Virus record (IMG/VR): IMGVR_UViG_3300037400_001617
Reading direction: 5' to 3' (one strand)
DNA length: 64,000 nt
Source: a virus
Lineage: Duplodnaviria; Caudoviricetes
In this document: positions 46,944 to 56,675 of the stretch, piece by piece
How the letters are laid out: each line of letters opens with the position of its first letter
Position numbering within the stretch: the first letter of the stretch is position 1
Made by a program: the position numbers and the translations under genes
Notes under the pieces: model-generated
What the model was told of the DNA's origin: nothing
Databases searched by the model: none
What the model saw: the letters and a program-made list of their open reading frames with translations, nothing else

Positions 46944-48488
46944 TTACTTCATAGACACTACATGGTTCTTAACCACGATGTGATTAGAACATATAGTGTC
47001 AAATCCCTCGTTGTGAGAGATTACCATGAGTGTGCTATGACACTCACGGTTGATAAGATCTATTGCCCTGTTTCTGTTTCTCTCATCAAGGTTTGACGTA
47101 ACCTCATCAAGAATGAAGATCTTGTTTGGGTTGCGTCTCATCTCGACTATTGTCCTTGCAAGCAGCACGCGCTGCTTGAGACCTGTTGAAAGCTTGAAGC
47201 CCTTTGATCCAACAGGGCAGTCGAGAAGCTTATCGATCTCTACTGGAACGCCTTCAACTCTGAAAGCGTTTCTAAGATCGTTAAGCATATCGAGTTCCTT
47301 AAAGATCTTGATGATCTCTTCATCAGTAACAGTCTCGTCACCAAATGTAACATTGTTTCTGAGACTATCATTCAGAAGAGTTGTCTCCTGGAATACATAG
47401 TATGTATCCAGATTTTCTGGGAGACCAAAGATCTCTTCAGACTTAATCGCACCAGCGATCAAGTTTCCGAAACTTGACTTGCCCTCACCAGATGCACCAG
47501 TGATAAGATATCTTTCACAGCGTCTGATACTGATGTTGTTCACAGTGAACTGAGCGCTGTCCTTCCCATAATCGAAAGAGCCAGATACTGTGAACTGAGA
47601 AGGCATAGAAATCTTCTCATCGTTATCGTTGCCTTCGAGAGCTTCAATCTGCTTGGTAGCAGCCTTAATTTTCGAAGTGTATGCAACGATATCGATGCAC
47701 TTGAAGATTGCATTGTAGATTACATATTCGTTAATGAATACATAACCTAAAGTCTCCTTGTCCCATCTAAAGAAGTATGCAATGAAGCATACGGGGATAT
47801 AAGAGACAGCCTGGCACAGACCGAACCAAGCTCTCTTCTTGATATTGGTACTGTACTTGTACGAGTCATCTGCTGCGTCAGCGACTCTGTTAAATAAGTA
47901 AGAGAACTTACTAGCGTACTTGAGAGTAAGTAAGTTCTCAAGACCATCAACAAGAACTGACTCCAGCTTAGCAGCAGCATCATGTTCGTTCTCGTTGAAC
48001 TTGAACTTTTCGTTGCCCCATAAGTACATAGCAGAGCTAAGTACGAAGCAGCTGAAAAGGATGACTATAGATGCAATGGAAGTACGGATCTTCCATATCA
48101 TAATAGCCATAGGAAGAATACAACTGAAACAGGATACGATAGTCACATATCTCTGTCCAGTGTATTCAGAGATCTTATTGATACTGTCGATGATAGTACC
48201 AACAGAGATCTTATTGATACTCTTAGTCTCAGACCAAGCCGACTTCTCAGTCAGTCTTGTCTTAAGATCAAAGTATACTGTTGAGCTAGCCTTACGACCA
48301 GCTGCATCTCTCGCTGTATCGAGAACGGCGAAAGCTACATTGCAGATGATGAGACCGATAAACAGTCTCTTACTGAATCCATTAGCAATGAGCTTTGAAA
48401 TCACAGTAGCGTTGGCAGTGTTCTGCAAGCCAACAAGGATGGTGAGGACCACCATTAAGATGGTCAGCATAGTTACTTTCTTCTTCAT
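46944..48488 (-). CDS. ABC transporter, fused permease plus ATPase
   Basis: Several TM helices; Walker A GASGEGKS, Q-loop VFQE, signature LSTGLKQR, Walker B ILDE, ISH; early-type promoter at 48551-48559. Confidence 0.88.
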   Translation of the reverse strand: MKKKVTMLTILMVVLTILVGLQNTANATVISKLIANGFSKRLFIGLIICNVAFAVLDTARDAAGRKASSTVYFDLKTRLTEKSAWSETKSINKISVGTIIDSINKISEYTGQRYVTIVSCFSCILPMAIMIWKIRTSIASIVILFSCFVLSSAMYLWGNEKFKFNENEHDAAAKLESVLVDGLENLLTLKYASKFSYLFNRVADAADDSYKYSTNIKKRAWFGLCQAVSYIPVCFIAYFFRWDKETLGYVFINEYVIYNAIFKCIDIVAYTSKIKAATKQIEALEGNDNDEKISMPSQFTVSGSFDYGKDSAQFTVNNISIRRCERYLITGASGEGKSSFGNLIAGAIKSEEIFGLPENLDTYYVFQETTLLNDSLRNNVTFGDETVTDEEIIKIFKELDMLNDLRNAFRVEGVPVEIDKLLDCPVGSKGFKLSTGLKQRVLLARTIVEMRRNPNKIFILDEVTSNLDERNRNRAIDLINRECHSTLMVISHNEGFDTICSNHIVVKNHVVSMK

Positions 48489-48606
48489 ATAAAGGCCTCC
48501 TTTCAACCTCAGTCAAATTTGTTATTAGAAGAATGATTATAACTACCTATATAGTATACAGCCCAAAAGCAGTAAGATGACGGGAGCACTTAAGCTCCCG
48601 CCACTC

Positions 48607-50973
48607 TTAGTAGTCATAGTAGAAGTCGTCTTCATCATCGTCATCCACACTACTGTATGGATCATTCATATCCTTATAGAACTGGTCTATAGTACCAAGC
48701 ATACAGTACTGGTTTGCAGGATCCTCCAACTCTTCTATAGGTTTGTTGAACTTCTGGCTGTATGCCTTTCTACCTACTGGAGTAGAGAGAATCTTCTGAA
48801 GAGCCTCTTGGTCTTCTTGTCTCTGCTGTTCCAACCAGTCCTTGTAGAGCATGCTACCGTCATCCAGATCCTTAAGCTGCTGCTCTACTCTACCATGCAT
48901 ACCCTCAAGGTCGCCAGAGATATTGATTCCCTCTGTAGCCTCGAAGCTCTGGAAGATAGGCTCTTCAGCTTCATGCTGTTCAGTCTGGAGGTTAGGTATT
49001 CTTATACCCCAGTTCTCTGTAACGTTCTTACCATAGTACAGAGGATAGAGTGAAAGGAGATAAGAGAATACAGCATCATCGTGGCTCTGAGCAGAGTGGT
49101 CGATTCTACCAGTCTTCTTAACCTCAAGGTTCTTCAGCTCTTCATATATGATAGGAGATACGAACTTGTCCTTATGGTCTTCCATTCTAAGCATAAGAAG
49201 GTCCATAAGCTGTTCTCTAACTATCTTAGTGTTGTCGAGTCCATAGACTCTAGTGAGCTGTTTCTTACGATTGATATGGACTCCGTCATACTTCTCCTCT
49301 ATAGTCCTCTCCTTAATCTCATAGTAGAGATTAGACTTGATCTTAGACTTGAGAAGCTTTGCCAATACGCCTGTACCTACACCATTACGCTCTACTACTA
49401 CCAATGCATTTGGTGTCCAGTTGCTTACTACATCATAGATTACCCTAGCAAAGTCAATAGTAGATATGTAGTTACAGTTAAAGTCTGCCATAAGCTTAGA
49501 CGTTGTGGAATCTGTTATACTCATAGCGGATGAGTCTTTGTTATAGCCAGCGGCAACGTCACAGCCAATGATAGGAGCAATACCTGGTCTGAGCTCTTCA
49601 TATACATTGAGAAGAAATGCTCCGACATAGACTTGCTTCTTAGGTTGTCTAACGAATCTGCCAACAATATCAAGCTGTTCTTTTGTGAATGGTGAGTTCT
49701 CTGCAGACATAGCCCACTCAAGAAGGAACTCTCGACGGATGTCTGTCCACTTGTACTCTTGTTCACGGCAACGCTCTTTGAACCACTCTTCTGAATAGCC
49801 AAGCTGTTGATAAGTAGTCTTGATATGTACGAAGATACTCTTCTCGTTGGAGTTGAGTATATTGGTGAGCTCTTGGAGTGAAAGATCATACCAGAGTTCT
49901 GAGAATGGAGTCATGTTGCTTCTCATATCATACATATACTTACCGAACTCATCAGAGATGAATCCAGGTGTAGATGTAAGACAAAGTCCATGAGGAGCTC
50001 CATTGTCTTGACAGTTTCTGAAAGCTCTAGTCATGGCAGGCATTGCATTAGACAACGACTCTCCAAGGAATGGGAAGAACGCAGACTCGTCGAGCCAACA
50101 GTTAGTGATAGTACGACCTCTGAGGAGGGAGATAGCAGCAGTCTTAGAGGTTGCTCTAGCGAGTGCTTCTATCTTGTTGAAGTTGATTGGGTGCTGTACA
50201 TAAGATACAGTATTACGAGCCTTAAGCTTCTTACCGTTCTGACCAAATGCTTGGTCGAATCTAAGGTAAGATGGCAGAGCCTGTATAATCTTCTTCATAT
50301 CGTCAAGGTTTCTCTTAGCATCGTCCAGCTTCTTATTGAGGAAGACCATGTTAGCGTTTCGAGAACCGAAGTTGTATACCCATGAATACCATACTTCACA
50401 TCCTACTGTTTTACCAGTCTGACGAGGCTGCTCATGGTATACATTAAGAGACAATGTAAAGCAGAAGTTAAGAGCTAGGTTTCCTCTGTCAAGTTTGTAC
50501 CTGACGTAAGGTCCACCCTGGCTCTGTACTCTAACAACTTCTCTGATGTAGTAGAAGAAGTTACGTTGACACTCTATAAAGATCTTTTGCTTCATGAACA
50601 GAGGAAGCTTAGGATCATAGGGATCTACATTAGCGAGATCCTTATCAAAGAGTATAAGGAAGAACTTGTTGTTCTTGATTCCTATAGCTTTCAGATAGTA
50701 GTGCATATCCAGAAAGCTTTGGTTCTTAGTATTCATCTGAAAGTAGACAGTAGACCTTTGTCCCGTAAGAGGATCAGTCATCACGTTCTTATTCTGACTT
50801 GGTGGGACAAATGGCATTGTCTTCTTAGGTTTCATTTGTGAAGGATCAATATATTGGTTAGTCTGAACAGTTCCATCGTAAAAGATCTCTGATTCGTTAG
50901 AGCCAGTATATGTGCGGTCTTCTTTAGCGACATCAGTATCTTCGTCAAAAATCACTTCAATAGTACTTGCCAT
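48607..50973 (-). CDS. Terminase large subunit
   Basis: Walker A PRQTGKT, Walker B WLDE, TSTP, nuclease GCDVAAG, ERN, HDDAVFS. Start MASTIEV lies downstream of promoter AACA-TCTCCG-TAA (51021-51033). Confidence 0.92.
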   Translation of the reverse strand: MASTIEVIFDEDTDVAKEDRTYTGSNESEIFYDGTVQTNQYIDPSQMKPKKTMPFVPPSQNKNVMTDPLTGQRSTVYFQMNTKNQSFLDMHYYLKAIGIKNNKFFLILFDKDLANVDPYDPKLPLFMKQKIFIECQRNFFYYIREVVRVQSQGGPYVRYKLDRGNLALNFCFTLSLNVYHEQPRQTGKTVGCEVWYSWVYNFGSRNANMVFLNKKLDDAKRNLDDMKKIIQALPSYLRFDQAFGQNGKKLKARNTVSYVQHPINFNKIEALARATSKTAAISLLRGRTITNCWLDESAFFPFLGESLSNAMPAMTRAFRNCQDNGAPHGLCLTSTPGFISDEFGKYMYDMRSNMTPFSELWYDLSLQELTNILNSNEKSIFVHIKTTYQQLGYSEEWFKERCREQEYKWTDIRREFLLEWAMSAENSPFTKEQLDIVGRFVRQPKKQVYVGAFLLNVYEELRPGIAPIIGCDVAAGYNKDSSAMSITDSTTSKLMADFNCNYISTIDFARVIYDVVSNWTPNALVVVERNGVGTGVLAKLLKSKIKSNLYYEIKERTIEEKYDGVHINRKKQLTRVYGLDNTKIVREQLMDLLMLRMEDHKDKFVSPIIYEELKNLEVKKTGRIDHSAQSHDDAVFSYLLSLYPLYYGKNVTENWGIRIPNLQTEQHEAEEPIFQSFEATEGINISGDLEGMHGRVEQQLKDLDDGSMLYKDWLEQQRQEDQEALQKILSTPVGRKAYSQKFNKPIEELEDPANQYCMLGTIDQFYKDMNDPYSSVDDDDEDDFYYDY

Positions 50974-51040
50974 AATAACACCTCTTTCTGTAGTTGATAC
51001 AGTGGGCTCAATAGCCCTCTTTACGGAGATGTTCGACAAG

Positions 51041-51068
51041 AAAAAATAACCTCCTGGTTAGAGGAGGT
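51041..51068 (-). terminator. Intrinsic terminator
   Basis: ACCTCCT-ctaacc-AGGAGGT followed by TATTTTTT on the minus strand. Confidence 0.75.
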
Positions 51069-51198
51069 GTATCTAACTGATATACCGACGTTTGTGAGCT
51101 GTATATCATAGATACTAAATAGCGTAGATCATTCAGAAATGAGGACAGGAGGGCATAGTTTTATGGCTTTACCCTCCTTGATTTTCGGCCAGTTTTAT

Positions 51199-51804
51199 TT
51201 AGTCCTCTACTTCAGTTCCAGGGAGTCTTCCCTGGAAGAAGGAGAACTTATTTGCATCGAGACACCCGTAAAAATTACAGGAGTCTCCGTTATAGTTGAA
51301 GCATGCAATATTCCAGTACTTATCTGTGAGATGAGTAATGGATACTAAAAGAAGGCACGCAGCCTTCTTCATGATAAGCGGAATTGATTTCCACCATACA
51401 TTTACAATCTCATCCTCAAAGATTACTTCTGCCAGAGGTATCTCCTTAATGAAATTGTCCTTGGTGTTCTTCTCGATGGCCTGTACGCAAAGACCAAGGT
51501 CTGTCGAAAATCTTTTTGAAGTTACCACCGCTAAGGAGTTAATCACTCCATACGGATCCCCGTCTCTTATTGCGTCTATTAAAGTATCGATGCTTTTCGT
51601 AAAACTTACCCTGTTAAGGCACGAATCCTCAACAGGCTGTCCTGTTCCAGTTATATAATATTCCCCTGTTTCATGGTCGAACTTTGTTACAAGTTCGAAA
51701 AGAATAGACTTGATCTGTGCATTTGTGAATGTCTCTGCTGGCATTACTTTTGCGATCTCGTTTACTGCTGTAGCCTCATTAGCCTTCTTTGTGTTGTTTC
51801 TCAT
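51199..51804 (-). CDS. Hypothetical 201-aa protein lacking an SD
   Basis: Protein-like ORF between an early promoter and a terminator. Confidence 0.7.
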   Translation of the reverse strand: MRNNTKKANEATAVNEIAKVMPAETFTNAQIKSILFELVTKFDHETGEYYITGTGQPVEDSCLNRVSFTKSIDTLIDAIRDGDPYGVINSLAVVTSKRFSTDLGLCVQAIEKNTKDNFIKEIPLAEVIFEDEIVNVWWKSIPLIMKKAACLLLVSITHLTDKYWNIACFNYNGDSCNFYGCLDANKFSFFQGRLPGTEVED

Positions 51805-51809
51805 AATTC

Positions 51810-51985
51810 AAGCTCAGTAGGTGCTACACCTTTGACAGAGGTCAAGCTGAGCATAATGTAGTTTCCTTTGGAAACGCCCATTCATAGGGGCACACCCTTT
51901 TTCATGAATGCAGGGATCCTGCTTCTCCATGCAGGATCATAGAATTTTTGCATCCATGGTATGGAGTTAATCAATTCTCTCATAC
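51810..51985 (-). ncRNA. Structured leader or ncRNA
   Basis: Nested stems CAUGGAUGCA/UGCAUUCAUG and GAUCCUGC/GCAGGAUC; hairpins UGCCC/GGGCG and GUUUCC/GGAAAC; three-way junction closed by GCUCAG/CUGAGC. Confidence 0.55.
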
Positions 51986-51991
51986 ACCTCA

Positions 51992-52022
51992 ATGATATAC
52001 AACCATCTTAGCTAACTTTTAC
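51992..52022 (-). promoter_or_regulatory. Early-type bipartite promoter GTAAAAGT-N14-GTATATCAT
   Basis: Third copy of this architecture. Confidence 0.7.
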
Positions 52023-52086
52023 GATAGCCACTACATATATATAATCAGTGCCTACACGGGCACTTAAAATAAAGGAGGACACACAT

Positions 52087-52911
52087 ATGCCACTCGGTAA
52101 TAATTCCTACAACAAAGGCAATTCAAACGGAAAGAAGAACGACTTCTCTCCAACTACTTACTCTAGCGTCAAAATCTCTAACTTTGACTCTGGTGTAGAT
52201 CCATCATCAGTATCCTTTTCATTCTGGAAGGGAATGCTCAGAATAACAATCACCCCTATCAAGAAGAGTGCAGACGGAGGTTATAACTTCGATAAGGACA
52301 ACGCCACAGAAGTTTATCTCACTCCTACCAGAGCAGCTCTCTTCCTTAACTATCTTAAGCTCTTCAGAAAAGATCCCAATGCTTACGTTAACGTAGGTGT
52401 TACTGCAGGAAACTCTATCATCTACGTAACTAACGGTGCAGAGGAGTTCGACGAGCAGGACGGCAATGGACTTTTCCTTATTATAAAGAATCTTGATGAT
52501 AAGGGAAACATAGATTCCGAAATCGCTTACCAGTTCAGAACTACACCTGACAAGGATAACTTCGGTATCCTCAACTACAAAGGCGGTACAGATTTCAGTA
52601 AGGACTATGAGTACACAAAGTTCCTCGACTATGATATCTTTACCAACACAGTAGCTCAGTACGTTAACGGCAACAGTAGTGCAGTTGCAGCTACAGTTGT
52701 TGACGCTACAAGGTTCTCATTCAACAGTATCATCAGCAAGCTGACAAGCATTCAGGAGAATCTCGGCATTGATACTGGAAGCGGATACAAGAGAAAGTCG
52801 AATGCATCGACATTCTTCTCAAATAACGGCAACGAGTCTTCATCTTCGTCTATTCATGGTAGCGACAAGATCGAAGAAGTTGACGACTACAATGATCTCA
52901 TAGACATGTAA
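52087..52911 (+). CDS. Possible single-stranded DNA-binding protein
   Basis: Beta-rich core, S/N/G linker and acidic C-terminus EEVDDYNDLIDM; promoter variant TACA-TATATA-TAA at 52032-52044. Confidence 0.4.
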   Translation: MPLGNNSYNKGNSNGKKNDFSPTTYSSVKISNFDSGVDPSSVSFSFWKGMLRITITPIKKSADGGYNFDKDNATEVYLTPTRAALFLNYLKLFRKDPNAYVNVGVTAGNSIIYVTNGAEEFDEQDGNGLFLIIKNLDDKGNIDSEIAYQFRTTPDKDNFGILNYKGGTDFSKDYEYTKFLDYDIFTNTVAQYVNGNSSAVAATVVDATRFSFNSIISKLTSIQENLGIDTGSGYKRKSNASTFFSNNGNESSSSSIHGSDKIEEVDDYNDLIDM

Positions 52912-52966
52912 CAAAGATAGGGATGTGAAAACATCCCTATCCTTCTCTTTGAAATGGAGTGATACT

Positions 52967-53491
52967 ATGTTTAAGAGAATACTCAATAGGATCAAAAGAA
53001 AGCCTCTAACCAGAGAGGAAGAACTTAAACGTAAATACAGGGGTATGACACGAGATGAGATTATCGAATATCTATGTATGAACGAGAGGTTCGAAGAACT
53101 TAAAGAGATGCATCACTATTGGTTCGCCAATAGCGAGACCAAAGAACTTTGTTCTGTATTCGAAGGATGTCCGATATCGTTCTTTATGGAGTACATGGCG
53201 ATGCATAAGAACGAGAAGTATAAGCATGATGCTATATCACTGTATGACGAAGACCGTAGAAATATATTCTTCTGGGAAGGTGGTACTAGAATGCCATACT
53301 ATCCAGACAACTACATCATCACCAAACTCTACTATACAGGATTAACTTCTGGATTCTATGGTAGGGTTAAGAAGGTTGAATACGAAGAGATAATAAATAC
53401 AATCAAAAAGATGCCTGTAACGAAAGCAAGCCTAAAGTATCTATCTCAGATAGTTCATGATACCTTAAAAGGAGGATTGGATGAAAGTTAA
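52967..53491 (+). CDS. Hypothetical protein
   Basis: Start MFKRIL after GGAGTG. Confidence 0.7.
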   Translation: MFKRILNRIKRKPLTREEELKRKYRGMTRDEIIEYLCMNERFEELKEMHHYWFANSETKELCSVFEGCPISFFMEYMAMHKNEKYKHDAISLYDEDRRNIFFWEGGTRMPYYPDNYIITKLYYTGLTSGFYGRVKKVEYEEIINTIKKMPVTKASLKYLSQIVHDTLKGGLDES

Positions 53492-53990
53492 AGATATAAT
53501 CCCTTTACTCAAGACATGTAAGGGTAAAGAGAACGAAGAGGTAAACTTCTTTATTAGTACATACGAAAGAATGTACGGAGAAGACCTTTGTACTAACACG
53601 TTAAGCGGACTACCTATAGCAAATGAAGAGACTCTTAGCTATTTCAACGAAAGTGAAGTAGCTGCTATAGATTCAGACGAAAAACACATGATTACTATAT
53701 ACATCAAAGAGAATGAAGAACAGCTTAATGCCAACTTCGTAGGAAGACCATTATCTGACTTCATAGACTTTATGCAATGTATATCTGGTAGTGTGTACTA
53801 TCATTATGACTTTGAAGTATATAACGATAGTATGCTTCATACTAGATCATATGTGAGAGTAGATCATGCTTATGATGAAGCTCTATCAGAAGTCAAGCCA
53901 GATAAAATCAATGCTTTCTTAGAGCATAGTGTAATAACCCATATATCTGAAGAGTCTCAATCGTATCAGCTTTACATAACCGTAAAGTGA
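53481..53990 (+). CDS. Hypothetical protein
   Basis: 169 aa; SD AAGGAGG. Confidence 0.7.
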   Translation: MKVKDIIPLLKTCKGKENEEVNFFISTYERMYGEDLCTNTLSGLPIANEETLSYFNESEVAAIDSDEKHMITIYIKENEEQLNANFVGRPLSDFIDFMQCISGSVYYHYDFEVYNDSMLHTRSYVRVDHAYDEALSEVKPDKINAFLEHSVITHISEESQSYQLYITVK

Positions 53991-53999
53991 TAAGGAGGA

Positions 54000-54701
54000 A
54001 TGACAATGGACAACAAAGCTCACCAGCAGAAGATTACAAACATGGTCATTGATGCTAAGTGTATTCTTGACTATGACCTCACGATCATGAAGATCTTCCA
54101 GTTCAACTACAACCATCCAGACTATGTGGATCAGGAAGTTATGCATTATTCTCTTGGACAGCTTAAGAACGCTCTTGTAAAGCGCAAGGATGCTAATCCT
54201 CTGACTATATGTATCCCTGAGACAGCTATGGATAGAGCAAACATTGAACAGATTCTTGAAGACATCTATAAGAACAATGAGTATGATATCTTCAAGTATA
54301 TCACTGTTACTGGAACTAGTAAGCTCATCTACATGATGCAGAATCATAGTTCTTTCGATGTAACTGTGGTGTGTAAAGATGAAACCGAGAAGGGTCTTAT
54401 AGAAGGACGTACCAAGTCTTTCAAGACTGTAATCGGATACGACTCTATCGATCCCAAAAACTTCAATGGATTCATGTTCAAGGATATCAGAGATGTCTTT
54501 GCTCTCCCATATAAACTTGAGAAGAAGACTCTCTTCTTCCAGAACTATGAATTCAATATCACTCGTGATACTGATGGAACACCGTTTCCCAATGCAGAGT
54601 ATGCGGTAGCATTAATGCGAGAAGGAAACTACCCAATACTTGTAGAAGTGTATGATCATACTACACTCGAATCTCTTTCTAAACAGCAAACAAGTCAATA
54701 A
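54000..54701 (+). CDS. Hypothetical protein
   Basis: 233 aa; SD AAGGAGG. Confidence 0.72.
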   Translation: MTMDNKAHQQKITNMVIDAKCILDYDLTIMKIFQFNYNHPDYVDQEVMHYSLGQLKNALVKRKDANPLTICIPETAMDRANIEQILEDIYKNNEYDIFKYITVTGTSKLIYMMQNHSSFDVTVVCKDETEKGLIEGRTKSFKTVIGYDSIDPKNFNGFMFKDIRDVFALPYKLEKKTLFFQNYEFNITRDTDGTPFPNAEYAVALMREGNYPILVEVYDHTTLESLSKQQTSQ

Positions 54702-54723
54702 TCAATCAAAAGGAGGAAATGCT

Positions 54724-56457
54724 ATGATAAGCAGCAATATAGTTGAAAAGGATACTCTTAGAAGAGTTCAGCTCGAAACACTTGAAGCTCTTCACAGATA
54801 CCTTTCACAGTCATTCGGACCATACGGTTCAAACACCATCCAGTATAAGAAAGAGGGTTATCCTCGTTACACTAAGGACGGTCACACAATTCTTAAGTCA
54901 ATCATGTTCTGCGGCGAGATCGAGCAGGCAGTACTTGCAGACATCGAAGAAGAGACAAGAGCACAGGCTAAGAGAGTCGGTGACTCTACAACCTCTGTTA
55001 CTATTCTCTCATATCTTATATTCAAGAAGCTTACTGAGAGAATCGAAAGTCAGTTCACAAAGACACCTCCTGCAGACATTGTAAGAGCTCTCAAGGAAGT
55101 TGTAGATGCAGCATCTACAATCATCAAGGCTCACGGCAGAGAAGTTACTCTTGACGATATCCGTAAGATCTCACTCATCTCTACAAACAATGACGAGAAG
55201 CTTGCAGAAGAGATCGTTAACGTTCATAAGGATCTCGGTCTTAACGCATACATCGACGTTATGGCTGGTTCTGGAGAAGAGTTCGTTCGTAAGACATACG
55301 ACGGCATGTTCTTCGACTGTGGTTACCACGATGCATGTTTCATCAACATGCCTGAAAAGTCTGTAAACAGACTTGAGAATCCTCGTATCTACTACTTCGA
55401 AGATCCTATTGACACTGTAAACTACGGCGAGCTGTTCGATACAATCATTGCTCACAACATCATCAATCCGATCAATGAGATGAACAGCAATCGTCCTAAC
55501 AACAATGAGATTCCTCAGATCATTCCTACAGTCATCATAGCTCCTAAGATCGTAAGAGACTATGCTCGTACTCTCGAGGTTGTAATGAACTACTGTGCTA
55601 AGTTCACTCAGGCTAATCTCCCTAACACTATCCCGCTCAACATCATCACTGGTGTTACGGATACTGATAAGGTGTACCTGAAGAACATACTCAATCTCTG
55701 CGGAGTTCCTACTATCAACAAGTATGACGACGCTAAGGCTGAAGCAAGAGACCAGAAAAACGGCACTGCTCCTTCAATCAAGAATGTATGGGAGTGGTAC
55801 GGTACTGCAGGTTGCGTAGAGTCTGGTGCATTCTCTACAAAGCTTATCGATCCTAAGAACTACAAGAATGAAGATGGTACATATACAGACGTCTTCAATG
55901 CAGTTCTGAATGATCTCGATGCTCGTATCGCTGAGCTTGAAAAGCAGCACAACGAAACTCTCAAGATCTACCAGTACAAGAAGCAGAAAAACTCACTTCT
56001 CGGTAACATGGTAGAACTCTATGTAGGCGGTATCACTATCGCTGACAGAGATCAGGTAAGAGACCTTGTTGAAGATGCTGTTCTCAACTGTCGTTCAGCA
56101 GTAAATGAAGGCGTTGGCTACGGTGCTAACTTCGAAGGACTCAGAGCATTCAAGGCTCTCATGGATGTATCACTCGGCGATGGCTCTCTCAAGGAAGAAA
56201 TCGTTAAGTGCTTCTATGAAGCATACAAAGAAATCTCTGAGCTTCTCTACAGATATATGGATGATCCTGAGGGTAAGGTTGCACTTTCTCTCGCACAGGA
56301 TTGTCCGTTCGATGTAAGAACTGGTGAGAAGGGTGAGAACGTTCTCTCCTCTATCGATACTGATATTTGTGTACTCAACAGTATCTCAAAGATCATCTCA
56401 CTGATGGTTACTGCTAACCAGTTCCAGATGTCTAATCTCAATATCAACAAGTATTGA
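54724..56457 (+). CDS. Phage GroEL-like chaperonin
   Basis: SFGPYGSN, TKDGHTILKSI, VGDSTTS, DGMFFDCGY, ELYVGG, VEDAVLNCRSAVNEG. Confidence 0.9.
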   Translation: MISSNIVEKDTLRRVQLETLEALHRYLSQSFGPYGSNTIQYKKEGYPRYTKDGHTILKSIMFCGEIEQAVLADIEEETRAQAKRVGDSTTSVTILSYLIFKKLTERIESQFTKTPPADIVRALKEVVDAASTIIKAHGREVTLDDIRKISLISTNNDEKLAEEIVNVHKDLGLNAYIDVMAGSGEEFVRKTYDGMFFDCGYHDACFINMPEKSVNRLENPRIYYFEDPIDTVNYGELFDTIIAHNIINPINEMNSNRPNNNEIPQIIPTVIIAPKIVRDYARTLEVVMNYCAKFTQANLPNTIPLNIITGVTDTDKVYLKNILNLCGVPTINKYDDAKAEARDQKNGTAPSIKNVWEWYGTAGCVESGAFSTKLIDPKNYKNEDGTYTDVFNAVLNDLDARIAELEKQHNETLKIYQYKKQKNSLLGNMVELYVGGITIADRDQVRDLVEDAVLNCRSAVNEGVGYGANFEGLRAFKALMDVSLGDGSLKEEIVKCFYEAYKEISELLYRYMDDPEGKVALSLAQDCPFDVRTGEKGENVLSSIDTDICVLNSISKIISLMVTANQFQMSNLNINKY

Positions 56458-56617
56458 GTGGCATACTCCGACCCATAAGGTACTGATGAGTATAAACTAG
56501 GGTACCTGTTCAGATATCCCTCTCTCGGACATATGTGTGGGTATCGTTGGGGCTAGTGTCCTTTCAACACCATTCGAAGAGGTGGGTAGGGAGTTTATCT
56601 CCCTACCCATTCTCTCT
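56458..56617 (+). ncRNA. Structured 3' element ending in a terminator-like hairpin
   Basis: ACCCAUA/UGUGGGU enclosing AGGUAC/GUACCU; final hairpin GGGUAGGGAG/CUCCCUACCC (56584-56608). Confidence 0.4.
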
Positions 56618-56675
56618 AATCAACTCTTACCGAACGTCTAACTTTACTATAACTGATTTAATGGAGGTGTACGAT

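Noticed and set aside
51812-51852. tRNA-like multibranch fold
   Set aside because: Only two arms and 41 nt; no T-loop or CCA end. Kept only as part of the leader. No tRNA gene was seen in the window.
56483-56510. CUGAUGAG resembling a hammerhead ribozyme core
   Set aside because: No stem II followed by GAAA and no matching stem III/UH site
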